A stretch of 16,588 nucleotides of DNA, taken from positions 1 through 16,588 of the IMG/VR virus record IMGVR_UViG_3300049451_000021; one strand, 5' to 3'. Under the pieces are notes generated by a model that saw only the letters and a program-made list of their open reading frames with translations, did not search any database and was not told where the DNA came from. A program made the position numbers and the translations under genes. Shown piece by piece: positions 8,131-15,161 of this stretch. The stretch comes from a virus. Each line of letters begins with the position of its first letter. Position 1 is the stretch's first letter.

Positions 8131-9422
8131 CCGCCTTCGCGACCATCCTGGCCCGCACCCCGGAGAAGACGACCGTCCGGCTGACGGAGGGCCAGTCGAC
8201 CCGCACCAACGTCATCACCAACCCCAGCTTCGAGACCGACACCGCCGGCTGGTCGGTCCTCGGCGGCGCCACGATCGCCAGGGTCACCACCGACCACTAC
8301 TCCGGCGCGGCGGCGTGCTCCCTGACCGGTTCGGTCAACGGCCGGATGCAGATGGCCAGCGCGTACGCGACGGGTGTGGCGGCCGGGCAGGTCTGGACCG
8401 GGTCCGCGTACGTGAAGGGCGCGGCCGGGGAGTTCGTCACCCTCAACGTGTGGTTTTACAACGTCGGGACCTACGTCGCCGCCCCCGGTGACTCCCTCAA
8501 GGTCGCCCTGAGCGGGGCCTGGCAGCAGATCGGCAACACCGTCACCGCCCCGGCCGGCGTCGACCGGGTCCGCATCCAGGTGATGCGCAACAACGTCGAC
8601 CTGCTGGTCGACGCGGTGATGCTGGAGAAGTCACCCGGCATCGGCGCCTACGTCGAGGGCACCGTGGCCACCTCCCAGACCGGTGCGCTGATACGTGAGG
8701 ACATCAACGGCCGGTACGAGGTCCGCACCCCCGCCGGGACGTTCCCCCTGGCGTTCGGGCAGCAGATCGACATCGACGACTATGAGGCGTCCCTGGCCGC
8801 CGGCACGACCGTCACCTACTCCACGATCAACCTCGACGGCACCACCGGTAGCAGCACGTCGGTCGCGATCCCGCCCGACCTGCCCGGCTGGTCGTACCTG
8901 ACCTGCCCGCTGCACCCCGGCCTGGGCATGGTCCTGGCCACCGGCCCCTACAAGGACCAGGTCATCATCCGCACCCTGACCGAGCAGCGGGCCTCGGCCA
9001 CGAGCATCCACCAGGTCGTCGACCGCCCCGACGCCGTCCCGGTGCTGCGCGAGCTGAACGGCGCCACCGGCACGATGGACCTGTCGTGCCCGTCCCTCGC
9101 CGTCGCCCAGGCCGTCCTGACGACGCTGGAGCACGCCGAGGTCTGGATGCTGCGCCAGTCCGACCAGCTGCCGTATGAGCCGTACTTCGTCGTGACCGGC
9201 ACCCGCCTGGACCACTCCGAGGACAGCTGGCTGGACCCGGGCACCGGGCGCCTGGAGCGCCGCTGGAGCGTCGGTGTCGACTTCACCACGGTGCTACGGC
9301 CCACCGGCAACATCTCCACCACCGCGGACTGGGACTACGACGCGGTGCTGCCGTACGGCTCCTACGTCAACGTCCGCGGCACGTTCCCCAACTACGGCGA
9401 CCTGATCGTGGGCCCCGTGTGA
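8127..9422 (+). CDS. Minor tail protein in the distal-tail (Dit) position, with an N-terminal carbohydrate-binding-like domain.
   Basis: It overlaps the tape measure gene by ATGA. The motif TNVITNPSFETDTAGW...VDAVMLEK matches the CBM4/9-type jelly-roll signature. Confidence 0.6.
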   Translation: MTAFATILARTPEKTTVRLTEGQSTRTNVITNPSFETDTAGWSVLGGATIARVTTDHYSGAAACSLTGSVNGRMQMASAYATGVAAGQVWTGSAYVKGAAGEFVTLNVWFYNVGTYVAAPGDSLKVALSGAWQQIGNTVTAPAGVDRVRIQVMRNNVDLLVDAVMLEKSPGIGAYVEGTVATSQTGALIREDINGRYEVRTPAGTFPLAFGQQIDIDDYEASLAAGTTVTYSTINLDGTTGSSTSVAIPPDLPGWSYLTCPLHPGLGMVLATGPYKDQVIIRTLTEQRASATSIHQVVDRPDAVPVLRELNGATGTMDLSCPSLAVAQAVLTTLEHAEVWMLRQSDQLPYEPYFVVTGTRLDHSEDSWLDPGTGRLERRWSVGVDFTTVLRPTGNISTTADWDYDAVLPYGSYVNVRGTFPNYGDLIVGPV

Positions 9423-10603
9423 GCAACACCGGCGCCTACGACCCGTCCCTGGAGGACCTGATCCGAGGTCCGCTGCCGCAGCTGTGGCAGGTCCTGGTCT
9501 ACGACGCCGCCGGCTCCCAGATCCCCCTGCAGGTCCAGTCGTGCTCCCTGACGTTCGACGAGGCCTGGTGGCCCTACGTCCAGGGCAGCGTGACCGCCCG
9601 GATCTCCGACGATCAGGCCACCCTCGACCGGCTCGACCCGCGCCAGAAGGTCCGCGTCGAGGTCCAGGCCGGCTACCGGCTACCCGACAACAGCAAGGAC
9701 ATCCACCTGCTCGCCCAGTGCTGGCTGGTGTCGCGCTCAGTCGACCGCCCCGCGAACCTGCTCGAGCTGAGCATCCAGGGCGGGGAGTACATCGCCGGGC
9801 GCGTCGTGGAGTTCCTCAACGTCGTCGCCATCCCGAACAAAGCCGCCTGGAGCTCCACCACCGCCGCGCGCGCCGCGGTCAACGACTGCCTCACCGCGGC
9901 CGGGCAGGTCGCCTCCAGCGCGGACTGGGACTACGCCGCCGCCAGTCAGGAGACCGGCTGGTCCGGTGACGGCACCGACCGGTACGGGGTGCAGCTGCCC
10001 GCCCAGGGAGCCTCCCCGCTCGACGTCGCCGCCGACATCGCCGCCCGGGTCGGTGCCTGGCTGTACTGCGACGGCGCCGGGGTCTGGCACATGCCCGTCA
10101 AGCCCTCCACCGCCTCGGCGGTCACCGCGCACCAGCTCAAGGTCGGCAACAACGGCACGGTCATCGACTCCGCGACCGTCCTGGAACGCGGCGACGACTG
10201 GGGAAACGCCGTGCTGGAGGAGATCACCTACGCCAACGCCTCCGGCGCCGAGGTGAAGGTCTGGGGCCGCGCCCGCCTGGCCAGCGGGCCGTTCGCCGTC
10301 GCCACGATCGGCGCCGTGGTGGTCAAGGTCGACCGGGCGATCCGCACCTACGTCTCCCAGGCGCGCGCCGACCAGATGGCCGGCGCCCTGCTCGGCAGCG
10401 TCCTGACCCTGGGCCGGTCCCTCAGCCTCGACGCGGTCGCCGCCTACTGGCTGCGCCCCACGCAGACCGTCACCGTGCAGCTGCCCCTCGGTGGCCAGGA
10501 GCGGGTCCTGGTCTCGGCTGTGCGGTTCAACCTGGACGACGGGTCGATGGCCATCAGGACCCGGCTCCCGGAGAACGTCTCCGGGATCACGATCGGAGGC
10601 TAG
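9419..10603 (+). CDS. Minor tail protein in the tail-tip (Tal) position.
   Basis: This 394-aa ORF is coupled to the upstream gene by a GTGTGA overlap and follows the Dit-position gene. Confidence 0.55.
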   Translation: MSNTGAYDPSLEDLIRGPLPQLWQVLVYDAAGSQIPLQVQSCSLTFDEAWWPYVQGSVTARISDDQATLDRLDPRQKVRVEVQAGYRLPDNSKDIHLLAQCWLVSRSVDRPANLLELSIQGGEYIAGRVVEFLNVVAIPNKAAWSSTTAARAAVNDCLTAAGQVASSADWDYAAASQETGWSGDGTDRYGVQLPAQGASPLDVAADIAARVGAWLYCDGAGVWHMPVKPSTASAVTAHQLKVGNNGTVIDSATVLERGDDWGNAVLEEITYANASGAEVKVWGRARLASGPFAVATIGAVVVKVDRAIRTYVSQARADQMAGALLGSVLTLGRSLSLDAVAAYWLRPTQTVTVQLPLGGQERVLVSAVRFNLDDGSMAIRTRLPENVSGITIGG

Positions 10604-10605
10604 TC

Positions 10606-11160
10606 ATGCCGACCACGCTGCACGGCGTCCCGTACCCGGCGCCCTTCGACGTCCCCGACGTCCCGGCGGACCTGCAGGAGATCGCCGAGATGCTCGACTC
10701 CCAGCTGCAGATGTTTGTACGCCCCGCCGCGGCCGCCACCAACGGCACCGCGCTGCCTGCGATGGATGCGGCGATGGCGGTCACGCTGCAGCCGGGCACC
10801 TACCGGGTGGAGGCGATCACGTCCTACTCGGTGCCATCGGACGGTATGGACGTCCAGCAGGCCTGGGCGACGTCCGGCGGCATCACCCTGGGCTCCAGGT
10901 TCGTCCTCGGCGCCGAGGTCGCCATGACCACGGCGCTGTCGACCCTGATGTCCAGCCGGCCGCTGGCCGCGTTCAACACCACCGGATCTTTCGGTGTGGT
11001 CACCACGGCCTCCAGCTACATCCGCGAGGAGCTGGTGGTGACCGTCACCGCGACCGCGACCCTGACCCTGACCTGGGCGCAGAACACCGCCACCGCCGGG
11101 GTCCTGACCCGCAACATCCTGTCGCACCTGCTCGTGACGCGACTCGTGTCGGCCGTGTGA
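10606..11160 (+). CDS. Minor tail / putative receptor-binding protein, paralog A.
   Basis: It is 184 aa and starts MPTTLHGVPYP. It shares several conserved blocks with the next gene. Confidence 0.55.
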   Translation: MPTTLHGVPYPAPFDVPDVPADLQEIAEMLDSQLQMFVRPAAAATNGTALPAMDAAMAVTLQPGTYRVEAITSYSVPSDGMDVQQAWATSGGITLGSRFVLGAEVAMTTALSTLMSSRPLAAFNTTGSFGVVTTASSYIREELVVTVTATATLTLTWAQNTATAGVLTRNILSHLLVTRLVSAV

Positions 11161-11171
11161 GGAGCCCAGCG

Positions 11172-11741
11172 ATGGTCAACACCGTGCACGGCATCCCCTA
11201 CCCGACAGCCGCCGACGACACCGACATCCCCGGCGACATCCGCCTGCTCGCCGAGGCGTTCGACCGGCACCTGCCGGTCCTCGTGCGCCCCACCCTGCCC
11301 GAGACGCACCCGCTGCCGGTCGGGCAGGGCAACGCCGACCCTGAGCTGTTCATCGACCTGAGCCCGGGCACGTACCGCGTGGAGTGCGTCACGACCTACC
11401 TGGTCTCCGACATCACGGCCGACGTCACCCAGTCGTGGATCGACACGCCGTCCGGGTCGATCACCCTGGGCTCCCGGTTCGTCCTCGGCCCCCAGCTGGG
11501 CCTGGTGAACACCGCCGCCGTCGCCCTGGTCGACAGGCCCCTGGCCGCGCTGTCCACCGCCCAGGACTACGGCGCGATGCCCACCTCGAGCAACTACATC
11601 CGCGAGTCGCTGATGGTCACCACCACCGCCGGCGGCCGGCTGAGCCTGTTCTTCAACGTCCTGCGCCCAGCGGAGACCCTCCACACGGTGACCCGCGGCG
11701 TCGCGTCGTACCTGATCGCACGCCGTGAGGAAGCCCGGTGA
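11172..11741 (+). CDS. Minor tail / putative receptor-binding protein, paralog B.
   Basis: GAGGAG lies before the ATG at 11172. The 189-aa protein starts MVNTVHGIPYP. It shares PGTYRVE, ITLGSRFVLG and S.YIRE blocks with 10606..11160. Confidence 0.55.
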   Translation: MVNTVHGIPYPTAADDTDIPGDIRLLAEAFDRHLPVLVRPTLPETHPLPVGQGNADPELFIDLSPGTYRVECVTTYLVSDITADVTQSWIDTPSGSITLGSRFVLGPQLGLVNTAAVALVDRPLAALSTAQDYGAMPTSSNYIRESLMVTTTAGGRLSLFFNVLRPAETLHTVTRGVASYLIARREEAR

Positions 11742-12697
11742 GCCTGCCCCTGGTCTGGATGGCCGACGTGCTGCGCGCCGCCGGCTGCACGGTCGTCGAG
11801 GAGCCCGGATGGAAGACCCGCGGCCGGCCCCGCCCGTTCGCGCCGATCGGCATCATGTTCCACCACGACGCCTCACCGAAGGGCGAGACGTCCAACGGCG
11901 CCGACGTCATCGTCAACGGCCGCCCCGGCCTGGAGGGCCCGCTGGGCAATCTGTGGCTGTCCTACGACGGCGCCTGGCACTGCTGCGCGGCCGGCTCGGC
12001 GAACCACGCCGGGACCGGCGACGGCTCGTGGGGCGACATCGACGACGGTAACCACGACACGATCGGCATCGAGACCGACCACACCTCCAACGAGGACTGG
12101 ACCACCGGGCAGCGCTCCGAGGGCCTGCGCGGCACCGACGCCCTCCGCCGGCACATGGGCATGACCGACGGACAGGTGGGACGCCGGGTCCTGGCCCACA
12201 AGGAGTGGGCGCCCTCACGCAAGATCGACCCTGACCCGATGGACATGGCCGTCGCCCGGGCCAACCTCATCGCCTACGACCCAGCAGCGGAGGACGGATA
12301 CGTGGACCAGATCAGGCGCTCCAACTCCCAGGCCCAGACCCTCGCCCCGAGCAGCTGGCGCAACGTGCGGATCGGCGCCGAGGACGACGCCTCCGGCCCC
12401 CAGTTCGGCATCATCTCCGGCCCCGCCCACTGGTCGCTGCACGCGACGCTGACCACCGAGGGCGGCATCCCCGCAGGGAAATCGCTGATGCTGCGCGCGG
12501 TGAACACCAAGGGCGACGCCGACAACGTCGTCAATGGGCACCCCATCGTCCAGTTCGGTCCCACCGACACCGGCCCCCAGCACTTCGGGTACTCGATGCA
12601 GGGGTGGACCGACGAGGGCCAGACGCTGCGCGTGCAGGCCAACGCCGACGCCGAGGTCACCCTGACCAAGACCGAGACCCGCGCCTCGATCTGGTGA
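11738..12697 (+). CDS. Endolysin: N-acetylmuramoyl-L-alanine amidase (Amidase_2/PGRP type) with an unknown beta-rich C-terminal domain.
   Basis: The motifs MFHHDAS, GIETDH and HKEWAPSRKIDP match the Amidase_2 zinc and catalytic pattern. It is the last gene of the rightward string. Confidence 0.8.
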   Translation: MSLPLVWMADVLRAAGCTVVEEPGWKTRGRPRPFAPIGIMFHHDASPKGETSNGADVIVNGRPGLEGPLGNLWLSYDGAWHCCAAGSANHAGTGDGSWGDIDDGNHDTIGIETDHTSNEDWTTGQRSEGLRGTDALRRHMGMTDGQVGRRVLAHKEWAPSRKIDPDPMDMAVARANLIAYDPAAEDGYVDQIRRSNSQAQTLAPSSWRNVRIGAEDDASGPQFGIISGPAHWSLHATLTTEGGIPAGKSLMLRAVNTKGDADNVVNGHPIVQFGPTDTGPQHFGYSMQGWTDEGQTLRVQANADAEVTLTKTETRASIW

Positions 12698-13120
12698 TCA
12701 GATCCCGGCGAGGCCCCGGACCACCCGCGCCGGGACCATCAGCCGGTCGCGTGAGCCCCACGGCACCGCGCCGATCTCCTCGGCGTGCCGGCGCACGGCC
12801 GCCTCCGGGATGCCGAGCAGCCGCGACGCCTGCTCGAGGGTGAGCAGCGCGGGCAGCACGGCGAGCGCACCGGCGAGTGTGTCGGCGACGTCGTCGCGAC
12901 GTGTCGGTGTCGCGCTGTTGACGGCGACGTCGTCGCGACGTGTCGGCGACACGTCGGTCCCCGGCATCGGCGTGATCCGCATCGCATCGGCGGGGATCTG
13001 CCAGCCGGTCGACGTCTTCACCGCACCGGGGATCTCACCCGCCTTGCACCAGCGCTGAACCGTACGGGCATCGACGCGGTGCAGCGTGGCGAACTGGTCC
13101 GGGGTCACGTAGGCCTCCAT
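12698..13120 (-). CDS. DNA-binding protein with two excisionase-family (HTH_17/MerR-like) motifs; candidate excisionase or regulator.
   Basis: The N-terminal motif is VTPDQFATLHRVDARTVQRWCKAGEIPGAVK..GWQI. The C-terminal motif is LTLEQASRLLGIPEAAVRRHAEE. The linker between them carries a duplicated PTRRDDVA. Confidence 0.6.
   Translation of the reverse strand: MEAYVTPDQFATLHRVDARTVQRWCKAGEIPGAVKTSTGWQIPADAMRITPMPGTDVSPTRRDDVAVNSATPTRRDDVADTLAGALAVLPALLTLEQASRLLGIPEAAVRRHAEEIGAVPWGSRDRLMVPARVVRGLAGI
12883..12946. repeat. Two perfect 25-bp direct repeats, CGGCGACGTCGTCGCGACGTGTCGG, at 12883..12907 and 12922..12946.
   Basis: I read these directly from the sequence. The period is 39 bp and in frame, and each copy contains the palindromes CGACGTCG and GTCGCGAC. 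Confidence 0.9.
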
Positions 13121-13150
13121 GATGGATATGCATCGGTTCGGTTGCGGTCC

Positions 13151-13199
13151 CGAAGGTCAGGGCCCTGGCCTCTACGGAGGGCAAGGGCCCTGACCTTCG
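13151..13199. terminator. Strong hairpin: a perfect 16-bp stem with a 17-nt loop. It is a candidate factor-independent terminator without a U-tract.
   Basis: CGAAGGTCAGGGCCCT at 13151..13166 is the exact reverse complement of AGGGCCCTGACCTTCG at 13184..13199. The hairpin lies in a non-coding gap directly after the stop of the 13201..13320 ORF. Confidence 0.5.
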
Positions 13200-13200
13200 C

Positions 13201-13320
13201 TCATTCCTCGTGCTCGGGTGCCTCGCACCCACAAGGGACCTCGGCGAAATACGCCTGGCCCTCGCACAGCTCGTGCAGCCCGTCGAGGCATCGCCAGCAG
13301 ATCGGCTCATCCCGGCGCAT
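13201..13320 (-). CDS. Cys-rich micro-protein (39 aa), putatively zinc-binding.
   Basis: The sequence is MRRDEPICWRCLDGLHELCEGQAYFAEVPCGCEAPEHEE. AGGAG lies about 10 nt upstream of the ATG at 13320. The longer 70-aa version starting at 13413 has poor codon usage and overlaps int. Confidence 0.45.
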   Translation of the reverse strand: MRRDEPICWRCLDGLHELCEGQAYFAEVPCGCEAPEHEE

Positions 13321-13375
13321 ACGGGCCAAACTCCTAATCTGGGGATTCGTAGCCCGCAAACCCCTAATCCATTGA

Positions 13376-14260
13376 TCAGTGCTTTGTCGGGCGATACGGA
13401 CTGAAGTGGTCATGCACCCGCGTCATCGCCGTCCGCAGTTCGTCGTCGTCGACGTCGAGATAGACCTGCGTGACCGCCAGCGAGCTATGCCCGAGCGAGC
13501 GCTGCACGACGCGGATGTTGGTGCCCTTGCGCAGCATCGTCGTGGCGAAGGCGTGACGCAGCTGGTGCATCGTCGCGCCGTCCAGGAGCCGGCCCACGAC
13601 CCTGCCGACCCAGCGCGGCGACAGGTGCCCGTCGCAGTGGCCGGGGAACACATAGCCGGCGGCGTCGCGTAGCTGCTCGGCCAGGTCGACGTCGATCGGG
13701 ATGGAGCGCGGCCGCCCGCCCTTGCCATGCACGATCAGGCTGTGCCCGACGAGGTCGTCCACGACGTCGCGGCTGTGCACCTGGGCGACCTCGGCGCGGC
13801 GCAGTCCGTGCTCGCACGCGAGCACGAGCATGAGCTGCTCGCGGGTGTTGGCATGTGCCAACGCCGCGCTGTAGACCGCCAGCGCCGCCGGCCTGGGCAC
13901 GCCCCGCGACGGACGCACGACCGGCAGGCCCAGCGCGGGGTCGACGTCGACCCGGCCTGAACCGTGGGCCCACCTGTAGAAGCCGACCAGCGCCGCCCGG
14001 ACTGCACGCCGGCGCTCGCGCGACCACCGCGCCCGCAGCCGGCCCAGGTCCTCGTCCCACACCTCGAGGCCCATCCACTCCAGCAGCTGCGCCGTCGTGA
14101 CGTCGCCCGGACCACCGGTGACCTCACGAGACAGCTGCGCCAGGACCTGCCGCCGGCTGCCGATCGTCGAGCTCGCGCGCCCCGCCGCACGCAGCGCCGT
14201 CAGCCACTCCTCGATCCACTCCGACCACACCGGTGAGACCGGCCACTTGCTCAGCGCCAT
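13376..14260 (-). CDS. int: Tyrosine recombinase / phage integrase.
   Basis: The catalytic pattern is present: HGLRRAEV (Arg), HQLRHAFAT (His-x-x-Arg), LGHSS (His) and TQVYLDV (Tyr). GGAGGG lies 7 nt upstream of the ATG at 14260. The open frame continues upstream to 14392 but overlaps the preceding gene. Confidence 0.9.
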   Translation of the reverse strand: MALSKWPVSPVWSEWIEEWLTALRAAGRASSTIGSRRQVLAQLSREVTGGPGDVTTAQLLEWMGLEVWDEDLGRLRARWSRERRRAVRAALVGFYRWAHGSGRVDVDPALGLPVVRPSRGVPRPAALAVYSAALAHANTREQLMLVLACEHGLRRAEVAQVHSRDVVDDLVGHSLIVHGKGGRPRSIPIDVDLAEQLRDAAGYVFPGHCDGHLSPRWVGRVVGRLLDGATMHQLRHAFATTMLRKGTNIRVVQRSLGHSSLAVTQVYLDVDDDELRTAMTRVHDHFSPYRPTKH

Positions 14261-14310
14261 CAGGACACCCTCCGCCGGGCCCGGGACCGGGCCAGTTGCC
14301 GTGTCACCGT

Positions 14311-14628
14311 TCAGCCGACGATTGCCGCGACATCGTCGAGCATCAGCGAGACCTGGCCGCCGAGGTAGGTCCGTGTGTCCTCGAGGTGCCACTCGACCGA
14401 CGTCGACGACGCACCCGGGTGGTGCTCGGCAGGGACGTAGGACTCGATCACCCAGACCTGGGACTCCAGCGTGATGTGAATCTTCACCAGCGCCTCACCG
14501 GACGCCGAGCGCACCACCCACTCCGAGGCGTCGTGGTGGCCACGATTCAGGATGTCGACGTGCGTCAGCCCCGCATCCAGCAGCGCCGCCCACGTGATGT
14601 ACCCGTCACGGCGCTCGGCGTCGGTCAC
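14311..14628 (-). CDS. Hypothetical protein (105 aa).
   Basis: Its GTG start overlaps the stop of the upstream gene (GTGA). GC3 is high. I recognise no motif. Confidence 0.55.
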   Translation of the reverse strand: MTDAERRDGYITWAALLDAGLTHVDILNRGHHDASEWVVRSASGEALVKIHITLESQVWVIESYVPAEHHPGASSTSVEWHLEDTRTYLGGQVSLMLDDVAAIVG

Positions 14629-15161
14629 GCCTCTTCCCCGGCTTCAATGGCAGCGATGAACGCGGTCCGGTTGTGGCTGTCGAGGGACCACAGCGTGCGG
14701 CTCAGCTCACCCCGTGCCAGCGATGCGACCAACGCCAGGATCGCCTGCTCCCCGGAGGAGTAGACACCGGCGGCGTAGCGCCACGACCCGGGACCAGTCG
14801 CCTCAGCCACGTCATAGTCGATGTAGGCATACGTCTCGCCGGCGTCCATCTCGAGCGTGACCAGGCCACACTGCACCGAGCGCGCTACCTGGCCGGTGGC
14901 AATCAGCAGTTCGGTCGCGGCTACAGCCGATCGCGATCCACTAGCCCAGGTCCGCAACAGGGTCGCCACCTGATTCGCGGTCATGGCAGCGAGGTCCTGG
15001 TCGTTCCTGCGAAGCACGCCGCCGTAGCAGGCGTTGCAGATCACGTCGACCTGGTCTTCGACCGTGTCGTCGTTGAGGTACTTGGCCACCTCGAGGGCGC
15101 CGACGTAGCGGCTGCACTCGACGCAGTGCCGGCTTTCGTCGCCGAGATCCGCGGCGCTCAC
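14625..15161 (-). CDS. Hypothetical protein (178 aa) with an N-terminal CxxC...CxxC pair.
   Basis: Its GTG start overlaps the repressor stop codon (GTGA at 15161..15158). The two pairs are CVEC and CNAC, zinc-ribbon-like. I recognise no other motif. Confidence 0.55.
   Translation of the reverse strand: MSAADLGDESRHCVECSRYVGALEVAKYLNDDTVEDQVDVICNACYGGVLRRNDQDLAAMTANQVATLLRTWASGSRSAVAATELLIATGQVARSVQCGLVTLEMDAGETYAYIDYDVAEATGPGSWRYAAGVYSSGEQAILALVASLARGELSRTLWSLDSHNRTAFIAAIEAGEEA

Noticed and set aside
12785-13375. A plus-strand 196-aa ORF downstream of the endolysin, considered as a possible holin or lysis accessory gene.
   Set aside because: It has an Arg-rich off-frame composition and no hydrophobic helices. 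It lies antisense to the well-supported double-HTH gene and runs across the non-coding hairpin.
13321-13413. A longer 70-aa version of the Cys-rich ORF, starting at 13413.
   Set aside because: The extra 31 codons are rich in A/T-ending codons, unlike every other gene here. They also overlap the integrase 3' end. The internal ATG at 13320 has an AGGAG upstream.
14261-14392. An N-terminal 44-aa extension of the integrase ORF, starting at 14392.
   Set aside because: The extension is Arg/Pro-rich and overlaps the 3' end of 14311..14628. The ATG at 14260 is preceded by GGAGGG at ideal spacing and begins the conserved SAM-like N-terminal domain.
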